A DNA stretch of 64,000 bases. Origin: Anaeramoeba ignava BMAN (lineage: Eukaryota; Protista; Anaeramoebae). Under the pieces are notes generated by a model. The model made no database searches and had not been told where the DNA came from. It saw nothing but the letters and a program-made list of their open reading frames with translations. This document shows, in pieces, positions 1-10,959 of this stretch; within the stretch, counting starts at the first letter, position 1, and the number at the start of each line of letters is the position of its first letter. The stretch spans positions 558,001 through 622,000 of the forward strand of contig JAPDFW010000033.1 in assembly GCA_028826165.1 (NCBI GenBank), in the 5' to 3' direction. The position numbers were made by a program, and so were the translations under genes.

Positions 1-185
1 GTAATAAATCATTTCAAATATTAGAATATTGGATTTATTCAAATCAAATTAAAGATGAAATTCAAATTACACAAGAAATTATTGATGAAATTAAAACTGG
101 AATTGATTATTTTCAATTAAATCAAACAAATCCAAATTTATTTGATTTATTAATTAAAAAATTTAATAATCAAAATCTAAATTAA
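1..185 (+). CDS. 3' end of an RCC1-BTB family gene (starts upstream of window)
   Basis: Near-identical to 1852-2036 (NKSFQILEYWIYSNQIKDEIQITQEIIDEIKTGIDYFQLNQTNPNLFDLLI...); TAA at 183-185. Confidence 0.8.
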   Translation, partial: NKSFQILEYWIYSNQIKDEIQITQEIIDEIKTGIDYFQLNQTNPNLFDLLIKKFNNQNLN

Positions 186-243
186 AATTAAAATTAAAAT
201 TAAAATCATTTTTTCATTTTTTTCATTTTTTTCTTTTTCAAAA

Positions 244-2036
244 ATGAATGATTGTTTATTTTTTGGAAGAAATCAATATCCAATTCTTATCGAAAATAAA
301 CCAAATAAAATAACAAAACCAATTCAATTTAAATTTGAAAATGAAAATGAAAATGAAAATGAAAAACAAATTAAACAAATTTCATCAGGTTATTTTGGAA
401 CAATTTTCCTTTTTGAAAATGGAAAAGCAATAGAATGTTTAAAAGAAAATGATTCAAACCAAAATCCTTCAAAAATCCAAATTGAAGAAAATATTCAAAA
501 AGTAACTTTTGGTGAACAAAATGAAGCTATTTTAACAATAGAAGGAAATGTATTTGCCAAAAGGAAGAGATATTAATCCAAATAATCGAAATGAATTTAT
601 CAATATTTCATCATTAATTGAAGATACAAATGATAGAATAATTCAAGATATTGTTTCTGGAAACAAATCAATTTACTTATTAACTTCAAATCAAAATGCT
701 TATGGAATTGGTGATAATCTATATGGCCAACTTGGTTTTGATTCTGAAACACTTGAAGAAACAGAAAAACCAATTTTAATGATGAAAAATGTTTCTAAAA
801 TATTTTCAGGAAATATTTCACTTCATGTTTTTCTTTTAAATACAAATCAAGAATTATTTGGATGCGGATATAATTCATTTGGCCAACTTGGATTAGGAGA
901 ATCAATAAAAAAAATAAAAATCCAAAAATTAACCAAAATCCAAAATATTCCAAAAGGTAAAATAATTGATATTCAATGCGGATTTAATCATTCAATAATG
1001 TTGATTGAAAATGAAAATCAAAATGAAAATCAAAATGAAAATCCAAAAAGAAAACTTTATTCATGTGGTTATTCTCGATTAAATGGACTTGGCAAAAATG
1101 AAAATACTTATGAATTTACTGAAATCAAATCATCCTTATTTGAAAATGATGATAATATTCTTGATTTTTCTGTTGGAAGATATCATACTTTGATTTTAAC
1201 TTCAAAAAGGAAATTAAATGGATTTGGAAGTAATCAATATGGTCAATTAGGAACTGGAGATACAAATCATCAATCCATTCCAATTCAAATTGAATTTCCT
1301 AAATTAAGATTTAATGAAAATATTTCTAATTATCATATTTATTGTGGATTTAATAATTCATTTATTTATTATTCTCTTTTTCTTTCTTCTTTTTCCAATC
1401 TTGAAGAAGATTTGATAAAATTATTTAAAAGAAAAGAATTTTGTAATATTTCATTTAAAACAGAAAATGGAGAAATAATTGAAGCTCATAAATTAATATT
1501 GAAATATAGATTAAATCAAAATGAAAATCAAATTGAAAAACTTCAAGAAATTATTTCAAAAAAATCAATTAAAGAATCAAATCAAATATTTGAAATGATT
1601 TATTCAAACACAAATAAATCCAAAATTATATTCTGAAATTAAAGAAATTATAAATTCAAATGAAAAAATTGAAGAAACAATGAAAAGAATTTATTTAAAT
1701 GAAAATGAAAAAGATTTTATAATTGAAAGAAAAGAAAAACAATATAAATTTCCAAAATTAATATTAATAATGAGAAGTGAATTATATCGAGGAATGTTTT
1801 TATCTGTAACAGAAGATAAATCTAATAAAGTTAGAGATTATAGTGAATTAAGTAATAAATCATTTCAAATATTTGAATATTGGATTTATTCAAATCAAAT
1901 CAAAGATGAAATTCAAATTACACAAGAAATAATTAATGAAATTAAAATTGGAATTGATTATTTTCAATTAAATCAAACAAATCCAAATTTATTTGATTTA
2001 TTAATTAATAAATTTAATAATCAAAATCAAAATTAA
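244..2036 (+). CDS. RCC1-repeat + BTB/POZ domain protein, intronless, with two apparent frameshifts (~560, ~1610)
   Basis: RCC1 motifs GDNLYGQLG, GYNSFGQLGLG, GSNQYGQLGTG, VGRYHTLIL. BTB motifs IEAHKLILKYR and KLILIMRSELYRGMF. ORFs 244-576, 548-1636 and 1680-2036 join with single-base indels in A-rich runs. Confidence 0.85.
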
Positions 2037-2044
2037 AAATAAGA

Positions 2045-2470
2045 ATAGATTTAATTTAATATTTAATTTATAAATTAATTTAAAAATATAATTTAATATT
2101 TAATTTTATTGTTTTAAATTTTATTATTTAAATATTTAGCATAAAAATATAAAAATGGGAATAGATTTAATTTAATATTTAATTTATAAATTAATTTAAA
2201 AATATAATTTAATATTTAATTTTATTATTAAAATAATAATTTATTGTTTTAGATTTAAATATTTTATTATTTAAAATATTTAAACATATAAATATAAAAA
2301 TGAAAATAGATTTAATTTAATATTTAATTTATAAATTAATTTAAAAATATAATTTAATATTTAATTTTATTATTAAAATAATAATTTATTGTTTTAGATT
2401 TAAATATTTTATTATTTAAATATTTAACATATAAATATAAAAATAAGAATAGGTTTAATATTTAATTTAT
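2045..2470. repeat. AT-rich tandem minisatellite (~115-145 bp unit, ~3 copies)
   Basis: ATAGATTTAATTTAATATTTAATTTATAAATTAATTTAAAAATATAATTTAATATTTAATTTTATT recurs at ~2045, ~2161 and ~2307. Confidence 0.8.
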
Positions 2471-2992
2471 TTAATTTTTTAAATTTTATGTTTAAAAAAA
2501 TTTATAATTTAAAATATTATTTAAATTTTATTAAATATAAAAAAATATTTTAATTTATTATTTAATTTTTTTAAAAAATAATTATTTATTTAAAATATTT
2601 TAAAAAATTTTGATTTTTGAAATTAAAATTTTATCTTTTTGAATTAAATTGAATTAATATTAATTTGAAAATTTGTTTTTAAAATTTAAATTTATTAATA
2701 ATTTTTAAATTCCAAAAAAAAATTAAATTAAAAATTAAATTAAAATGATTTTCCTTTTTTAATAAAAATTAATAAAAAAATAATAATTTATTAATAAATT
2801 AATTTAAAATAATAAATTAAAAGAAAATTAAATTAATTATTAATTTAAATTTATTCTTATTTTTATATTTTTATTTATTTTCAAAATCCACTTTTTATTC
2901 ATTTTTTTTATTTAAATTTTTTTTTCATTTTTCCTTTTTAAAAATAAAAAACACAAAACAAAAACAAAAAACACAAAAACAAAAAAAACAAA

Positions 2993-4678
2993 ATGGATAA
3001 CAATAATAATGATAACCAAATTGAAAATGAAAATGCAAATCAAAATCAAAATGAAATGAAAAATTTAGAAAAAAAAGTAACAAAAAATTTAATTAAAGAT
3101 TATTCAAACCTTTTAAATGGAAATTCATTTAAAGATTTTTCAATTTTTGTTGAAAATAAATCAAATCCTTTTGAAATTAAAGTTCATAAATCAATTTTAT
3201 CTTCAAGATCTCCTTTTTTTAATGAGTCATTAAGGCAAGAATCTCTTTCTATTTCTTTAAATCAATTTAATAAAAAAGAAATGGAATCAATTTTGAGTTA
3301 TATTTATTATGGAAATATTTCTTTTGAGAATCAAGAAAATCTTATTCAATTATTGGAAATTTCAATTTATTTTAAATTAAATTTATTGAAAGAAATTATT
3401 CAAAAAAAAATTTCAAATTCAATTAATTATTCAAATTTTTTCCAATTTTTATTCCAAAATCGAAATTTAAAATCAAATGAAATTGAAATAAAATGTTTTG
3501 AATTAATAAATCAAAATTTTTCCCAAATTCAGAATAATGAAAATTTATTCAATTTAACTAAAGAAGAAATTATCAAATTTATTCAATTTAAACAAGAAAA
3601 AAAAGAAATTTTTCAATTTGATTTTTTTCAATTTTTAAATAATTGGATTAAAAAAAGAAATAAAAGATTAAAAGGAAAGAAAGAAAAAGAAAAAGAAAAA
3701 GAAAAAGAAATTGAAAAGAAAAGATTATTTCATTCTTTTTTTTCATTATTTGATAAAGATTCAATTTCAAAACAAGATTTTGATAAATTAAAACAATTTG
3801 ATTTTTTTCCCAAATCTTTTTTAGTTGATATTCAAAACAAAGTTATTCAAGATAATCAAAAAGAAAATCAACAAATGAAAATTGAAATTGAAAACAAAGA
3901 GAAGGAAATTGAAGAGAAATGGAAGAAAGAAGTTGAAAATAAAGAGAAAGAAATTGAAAACAAAGAGAAAGAAATTGAAGATAAAAACAAAGAAATTGAA
4001 GAGAAATGGAAGAAAGAAGTTGAGAAAATGAAACCTATTTTTGATAAATATCAAGATCAATATCAAAAAGATTTGGAATATGAAAAGAAAATGAAGGAAT
4101 TACAAAAGAATTTTCCTCAATTTTCAGAAACAAGAATTATTACAGAAGAAGAATATGTTAAGAAATTACAAGAATGGATAAATGATAATGATTTTTTTTC
4201 TAAAATGAAAAAAGGATTTTCAGCAAAAAGAGATGGATTTGATTCTCAAAATTGGCATAAAGCAGTTGATGGGAAAGGAAAAACATTAGTTATTATCAAA
4301 ACAAAAGATAATTTTATTTTTGGAGGTTTTACTCAAGTTGGATTTAAATATGTTCAATCAGGTTATGAATACATTAATGATTCAAATGCATTTATTTTTT
4401 CATTAAGAAATGATAAAGGGGATAGAATGCCTGCAAAGTTTACATATAAACAAGGTCATGAAGGATGTGCAATTGAATCTAATTTAAGTTATGGTCCAAC
4501 TTTTGGTGATGGAAATGATTTTAAATTAGAATCTAATTTACAACCTGGTTTTTCAAATTTTGGTTATGGTTATAATCTACCTAATGGAATTAAAGAAGGA
4601 ACAAATGAAGCTAAAAGTTATTTAGCTGGTTCTTATAAATCATGGGTTGTTGATGAACTTGAAACTTATTTTATTTAA
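2993..4678 (+). CDS. BTB/POZ + coiled-coil + TLDc domain protein
   Basis: BTB: DFSIFV...IKVHKSILSSRSPFF. TLDc: FSAKRDGFDSQNWHKAVDGKGKTLVIIKTKDNFIFGGFT...AFIFSL...GPTFGDGND...VDELETY. Confidence 0.9.
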   Translation: MDNNNNDNQIENENANQNQNEMKNLEKKVTKNLIKDYSNLLNGNSFKDFSIFVENKSNPFEIKVHKSILSSRSPFFNESLRQESLSISLNQFNKKEMESILSYIYYGNISFENQENLIQLLEISIYFKLNLLKEIIQKKISNSINYSNFFQFLFQNRNLKSNEIEIKCFELINQNFSQIQNNENLFNLTKEEIIKFIQFKQEKKEIFQFDFFQFLNNWIKKRNKRLKGKKEKEKEKEKEIEKKRLFHSFFSLFDKDSISKQDFDKLKQFDFFPKSFLVDIQNKVIQDNQKENQQMKIEIENKEKEIEEKWKKEVENKEKEIENKEKEIEDKNKEIEEKWKKEVEKMKPIFDKYQDQYQKDLEYEKKMKELQKNFPQFSETRIITEEEYVKKLQEWINDNDFFSKMKKGFSAKRDGFDSQNWHKAVDGKGKTLVIIKTKDNFIFGGFTQVGFKYVQSGYEYINDSNAFIFSLRNDKGDRMPAKFTYKQGHEGCAIESNLSYGPTFGDGNDFKLESNLQPGFSNFGYGYNLPNGIKEGTNEAKSYLAGSYKSWVVDELETYFI

Positions 4679-5149
4679 AAATTAATTAATAATAAGAAAA
4701 TCAAACTTTTTTTTTTAATTTTTTATTTCAAAATTTAGTTCAATTTTAATTTACTTTTAATCAAATTAATTTCTTTAAAATAATAAATAAAAAACAAATT
4801 TAATTTTAAATAATTTAATTTTAATTTAAAATATTTATTAAAAATTTAATTAATAAAAAATAATCCAAAAAAAAAAAATAATAAATTTTAAAAAATTGAA
4901 TATTTTTAATATAATAAATAAAAATAAAAATTGAAAATAGAAATTAATAATAATTAAATTTAAATTCATTAATTAAAATAATAAAATAAAAAAAATCAAA
5001 TAAAATTTATTATTAATTAATATTTAAATATTAATAAATTATAATCAAAAATCAAAAAAATAGAATAATTAGTAAATTATTTTTTTAGAAAGTTTATCTT
5101 ATTCAATCATGTTAAATTCAATTTATTTAAAATTTTTAATTTTTAATTT

Positions 5150-6235
5150 TATTTTTAATATATTTTATTATAATTAAAATTGAAATAATAAATAATTAAA
5201 AATATTAATATAATAAATAAAAATATTATATCAAATTAAAATAAAATAAATTTAAATTAAATTATTATTAAATATTATTAAAATTAAATATTTATCTTTA
5301 TTAAAATATTTATTCCACTTTTTAATATATTTTATTATAATTAAAATTGAAATAATAAATAATTAAAAATATTAATTTAATAAATGAAAATATTATTTCA
5401 AATTAAAATAAAATAAATTTAAATTAAATTATTATTAATTATTATTAAAATTAAATATATCTTTATTAAAATATTTATTCCACTTTTTAATATATTTTAT
5501 TATAATTAAAATTGGAATAATAAATAATTAAAAATATTAATTTAATAAATAAAAATATTATATTAAATTAAAATAAAATAAATTTAAATTAAATTATTAT
5601 TAAATATTATTAAAATTAAATATTTATATTTTATTAAAATATTTCAATTTTCTTCTCAATTTTATTAAATTATTGGGAATAGTTTTATATTATTTTAAAT
5701 AAAAGAAATATTAATAAAAATATATAAAATATAATTAATTTTAAATTTAATTATTTAATATTCTTTATTCCATTTTTGAAATAAATTAATTAAAATATTT
5801 TATTAATTTTATTAAATTATTGAGAATAGTTTTATATTATTTTAAATAAATAAATATTAATAAAAATATATAAAATATAATTAATTTTAAATTTAAGTAT
5901 TTAATATTCTTTATTCCATTTTGAAATAAATTAATTAAAATATTTTATTTATTGTATTAAATTATTGAGAATAATTTTATATTATTTTAAATAAAGAAAA
6001 ATTAATAAAATATATAAAATAGAATTAATTTTAAATTTAATTATTTAATATTCTTTATTCCATTTTTGAAATAAAGTAATTAAAATATTTTATTAATTTT
6101 ATTAAATTATTGGGAATAGTTTTATATTATTTTAAATAAAGAAATATTAATAAAATATATAAAATATAATTAATTTTAAATTTAATTATTTAATATTCTT
6201 TATTCCATTTTTGAAATAAATTAATCAAAATATTT
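5150..6235. repeat. Two adjacent AT-rich minisatellites (~166 bp x3; ~145-150 bp x4)
   Basis: First unit starts TTTTTAATATATTTTTATTATAATTAAAATTG at ~5153, ~5319 and ~5485. Second unit contains ATTATTG(G/A)GAATA(G/A)TTTTATATTATTTTAAATAAA...TTCTTTATTCCATTTT at ~5670, ~5817, ~5961 and ~6107. Confidence 0.8.
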
Positions 6236-6500
6236 TATAATTGAAAGAAAAGAAAAACAATATAAATTTCCAAAATTAATATTAATAATGAGAAGTGAAT
6301 TATATCGAGGAATGTTTTTATCTGTAACAGAAGATAAATCAAATAAAGTTACAGATTATAGTGAATTAAGTAATAAATCATTTCAAATATTTGAATATTG
6401 GATTTATTCAAATCAAATTAAAGAAGGAATTCAAATTACACAAGAAATAATTAATGAAATTCAAATTGGAATTGATTATTTTCAATTAAATCAAAATTAA
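6232..6500 (+). pseudogene. 5'-truncated fragment of an RCC1-BTB gene (C-terminal BTB only)
   Basis: From ~6232 the sequence is near-identical to ~1714-1975 (FIIERKEKQYKFPKLILIMRSELYRGMFLSVTEDKSNKV...). Directly preceded by minisatellite, with no upstream coding sequence. Confidence 0.7.
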
Positions 6501-6564
6501 AATTTGAAATTAAATTAAAATCAAAATTAAAATTAAAATTAAAATCAAAAATTTTTTTCTATTT

Positions 6565-7524
6565 TTATTTTATTAATTGGTTCTTTGGATCAATTCTATC
6601 AACTTTAGTTTTTGGAATTCTAAAAGAAGGAGAAACCCAAACACCACAAGAACATTGAGATCCACTCCAGTTAAATGATCCAATTTTAGTTCCACATTTT
6701 AAACAAGAAATTTTTCCATTGATTTGAGATGTATTTTTGATCCAATCCATTGGTTCAATAAAATACGATGAACAAAACATTTTTGTCTCAGATTTCTTCT
6801 TTTCGTTAAAATTCTTAGCATTGTATCCTGTCTCATGTTCAACTAAATTGTCTTCTGTAAAGAGAATTTGCCTGCATAATTTACAACGAAAATGAACATA
6901 TTCTTTTGGATCGATTTGGATTTCTGTTTTTTCGATTGATTTTTCATTGATTTCTTGAGATTTTTGCTTTTCATCATTCTCTAATTGATTTGTATTTATT
7001 GATTCTTTTTCTTTGTGCAAATTCAAGTAATTTTTCATTCTGTATTCTTTATGCCAAATTGAGTTTCCGTTGAAATTAAATCCCATTTTGTAAAATAATT
7101 CCAATTGAGAAATAAATCCTTGGTTGATTTGAACACTTGGTCTAACCGACGCAACAATTTCATTTGCGTCTTTGAATTCCAAATTATAAGTTTTCATAAA
7201 ATATCCAACTACAATAGCAGGAGATCTACTTGTTCCTGCTTGACAATGAACCAATACATTTTCATTTTTTTTCAATCCATTTTCAATAAAATTAAGTGCT
7301 GATTCAATATGACTTAATAAGTTTTCTGTTTCCATATCATTGATTTCTATAATCATATGCAAAATATCTTGATGATTTTTAAATTCCTCAAGTTTTTCAT
7401 GATATTTTTCAACACTTAAAACTCTTTTAATTTCCAATTCTTTTAATTTTTGAATATTTTGAATACTTTTTTCTGAACCAAGAAAAAGATGTTTTTGAAT
7501 AACAGAAATATCAATAGATTGCAT
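6565..7524 (-). CDS. DUSP12: Dual-specificity phosphatase with C-terminal zinc-binding domain (DUSP12/Yvh1)
   Basis: Active-site VHCQAGTSRS; Zn-domain motifs FRCKLCRQILF, CSSYFIEP and CLKCGTKIGSFNWSGSQCSCG. Confidence 0.92.
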   Translation of the reverse strand: MQSIDISVIQKHLFLGSEKSIQNIQKLKELEIKRVLSVEKYHEKLEEFKNHQDILHMIIEINDMETENLLSHIESALNFIENGLKKNENVLVHCQAGTSRSPAIVVGYFMKTYNLEFKDANEIVASVRPSVQINQGFISQLELFYKMGFNFNGNSIWHKEYRMKNYLNLHKEKESINTNQLENDEKQKSQEINEKSIEKTEIQIDPKEYVHFRCKLCRQILFTEDNLVEHETGYNAKNFNEKKKSETKMFCSSYFIEPMDWIKNTSQINGKISCLKCGTKIGSFNWSGSQCSCGVWVSPSFRIPKTKVDRIDPKNQLIK

Positions 7525-7635
7525 TTCAAATTTTAAAAAAAATGAATTTTAAAAAAAATGATTTTTATTTTTTTAATTTTAAAAAGAAAATTTTGTTTTT
7601 GTTTTTGTTTTTGTTTTCAAATTTTTCATCCTCAT

Positions 7636-10600
7636 TCATTTTTTTTCTAAAAGATACATCAACATTGAGTTTTCATTCAACTGATAATAATCACAAGCAT
7701 CTCTAAGTTCTTCTTTCAAAGAGATGCTGTTAATATCCATTTCATCAGTGTAAAAAAAATTGATTAATTTTTGGACAGTATCAAAACTTCTTCCAGAATA
7801 ATCTGTGACACAATTTGAATCATCAACAACATTAATAAACATATTCTGGTATAAATCACTTCTTGCAATAAGTATTACGCGATGAACGCGCACTTCCTTT
7901 TGGTCGACTTTTATGCCAAAATCTTTTGTTTCATTTTGCAACTGAAGTTTTGATAAATCCGCAAGTAATTGCGGTCTTCCTGGCTTTAAAAATATTCCCA
8001 GCTTCTCAAGAAGTTTTTGTGCATTTAATGCTCTTGAACTTCCTGAATAAACATATTCTTTTACTAGTTCAACTTCTTCTTTTTTTTTTGAACTTAATCC
8101 TTTTATAAATTGCCAAATTTTTTCACTTCCTATTCTATTTTCTAAAATGCATTTGTGAAAAACTACTTGAAATTCTTTTCCCTCTAAAAAAACATCTCCG
8201 CTAACTTCTTGTTTGGATAGTTTGACCATATCCTCAATAATAGACTGATATGACCGGATATATTGTTGTATTTCTCTACTAGCTAAACCTATTGGTGTCT
8301 GTTTTTTTTTCAAAAATAAAAATAAACATTTTCATTTTCCATTTTGATTTTCTATTTTTTTATTACTTCCTTTATTTAAATATTTTTTTTTAGTTTCATT
8401 TATTCATTTCTATTCTTGTTTATTTTTTTTTATATGAAATACTTTCTAAAAAATTTCAAAGTTAGTTTCAAAAATTTGAAAGAAAAAAAACAAAGAAAAA
8501 AGATACTTTCTAAAAAATTCCAAATTAATCTTTTCATTTTAAAATTTTTTCATTATTTAAAAGTTTTACTCTCTAATAAACAAAAATATAAATATAAAAT
8601 ATAAATAAAAATATAAAAATAAAAATACATCTTGAATATCTATTAAAGATCCGGAATCTAATAAAAGTTTAATTTTTTCAATTTGTCTTGGTGATTTTCT
8701 CAGACAAGCATAATGAAAAGGTGTTCGAAACTTTATATATTTTTATATATAAATTTTTAAATTTTTAAATTTTAAATTTTAAATTTTAAATTTTTACAAA
8801 CTAAATTAAAATTGGATTCAAAATTTTTAATAAATAAATAAATAAAAACTTTATTAATAGAAAATATAAATAATACATTCTATATTTTTTTTTATCATTT
8901 TAATACATAAAAATCATTTGAAAAATTTCAAAATTCATTACATTCTGAATATTTGGATTGGCTCCTTTTTCAAGAAGTAATTTAATTACTTCAATATTAT
9001 CCCCTTCACAAACTAAATGCAAAGGAATTGAATCCTAATTTTAAATTCAATCAAAATCATAATAAAAAATTTTATCTTATATTTTTAATTTATATATTTT
9101 TTTTTTACATACTAAAAATATAATTTTAATTTTAAAAAACAAATAAAAATGATTGAAATTCAAACTCCCTAAAAAATAACATTTTGAATTAAATTAAAAA
9201 TTAAAATTTTTTCTTAAAATATTATTCACATCTTTTATATTTGGATCAGCTCCATGTTGAAGTAATAATTGAATTAATGAGGCTTGAGGTTGATTTTCAC
9301 ATAAAATATGAAGAGGAGTTTTTAACTAAATTTTCAAAGAAAAAATTTTTAAATTAAGATTCAAATTTATTTAGATAAACTTTTTCTTACATCCTTAAAA
9401 GAAAAATCTAGAATTAAAATCAAATAAATTTAAAATATTAAATTGAAAAATTTCTACTTCCTGTTAATTTTGTTCAAAAGATAATTTAAATGTTCCATTT
9501 TTAGAAATTAATTTGATAATCAAAATTCAAACATCTTGTAAATTTGGATTTGCTCCAGAATTTAGAAGATTTTCTATAATTTCTTGATTTAAAACAGTTT
9601 CGCAAACTAAGTGTAAAGGAACTTTTTTCTTTTTTTTTTTTTGTTTTTCATTTTTAAATTTAATCAAAGAATGAAATTTTTTAATTTTCACAAAATTTAC
9701 AAACTAAATCAAAAACAATTTTAATTTTAATTTTAATTTTAATTTCATCAATTTTATTTTTACATTCTAAAAAATTGATATTGTTTATTTATTTAAAATT
9801 TAGATTAAAAAAACATAAAATGAAATTGTTTTTAATTTACATCTGGTAAATTTGGATTAGCTCCATATTTTAATAATATTTTAACAACTTCAGCTCCTTT
9901 TTCATTTTTACAAACAAAATGAAGAGGAGTAAATCCCTAAATAAATCCAAGGATTAAGTTATGTTTAAATTAAAGAGGAAATTAAATGTTTTACAAACTT
10001 AAACAAAAAACAAGTTGATTTATAAATTTTGATTTTTTAATTTGAAAAGGTTTTCTTATTAATTACTTCCTAAATTTAATAAGATTTTTGTTTTCCATTT
10101 TGTCTAAATATATTAATTTCTATTTATTTCTGGATTTAAAATTGATACATCTGTTGAATTTGGATTAGCTTTCATTGCTAATAATTTTTCAATTAATTCC
10201 AAAGATTCAAAATAATGTTTACAACAAAAATTGAGAACGGGAATATTCTTAATAAAAATAAAGAGAGTAAAACGGATTCAAATTAAAATATAAAAGAAAT
10301 AATATTTTTACATACTAAAAAACGAAAATAATTTTAATAAAAAAAGTCAAATATCTTAAAATGGAAAAATTTTAATATACAAAATAATTATCATTTGACA
10401 TTTTTGTTTGATCTATTCTTTGTTGGAAAAGAACTTTTGTAACTTTTAAAGGTTGAAGTTGATTTAAAGCAGTATATTCTGATGATGAGATTGCCTTTTA
10501 ATTTTTTATCACAAAACAATAAATAAATTAAAAATTGATTTATTTTTATTTTTATTTTTATTTTTATTTACAATATGAAGATTAGGATCAGCTCCATATA

Positions 10601-10823
10601 ATAATAATAGAATTGGTATTTTTGAAGGAAGTTGTTTTAAAATTGTATATTGAAATAATTCATTTATCTATTTTTTTTTATATTAAAATTATTAAAGAAA
10701 ATTTGTTTTATATCTTTTTATTTTTACTTTTTTTGTTGATTTTTTGAGAAATGTTTGTAATTTTTTCTCGTTTTCTGAATTAACTATTTTTTGAAATTTT
10801 TTGCACAATTTAGAATCTAACAT
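7636..10823 (-). CDS. Ankyrin-repeat + BTB protein; predicted 25 exons (10 ordinary + 15 three-nucleotide microexons), ~531 aa
   Basis: Ordinary exons: 10823-10728, 10667-10572, 10494-10381, 10247-10149, 9936-9841, 9628-9533, 9325-9230, 9034-8942, 8730-8629, 8298-7636. All junctions are phase 0 GT-AG, and most internal exons carry one ankyrin repeat (TPLH...LL..GA.PN..D). 3-nt exons: 10312-10314, 10067-10069, 9995-9997, 9764-9766, 9701-9703, 9458-9460, 9391-9393, 9166-9168, 9109-9111, 8877-8879, 8798-8800, 8570-8572, 8507-8509, 8443-8445, 8367-8369. C-terminal BTB: VRVHRVILIARSDLYQNMF. Confidence 0.85.
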
Positions 10824-10959
10824 AAAAAAAAAAAGGAAAATAGTAATAAGAATAATAATAAGAATGAAAAGAGAAAAATGAAAAAAAAACAAAAACATTT
10901 TTTTTTTCTAAATTTGATTTTTATTTATTTAAATCTAAAATTAAATTTAATCTTTTTAT

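Noticed and set aside
5150-6235. Regularly spaced repeats as a CRISPR array or transposon termini
   Set aside because: Units are contiguous tandem copies with no unique spacers; no cas, transposase, terminal inverted repeat or target-site duplication is seen; the context is eukaryotic.
7636-8313. Stand-alone 225-aa BTB ORF starting at TTG
   Set aside because: It is the last exon of the ankyrin-BTB gene (acceptor CAG at 8301-8299); the upstream KKKQ codons are intronic.
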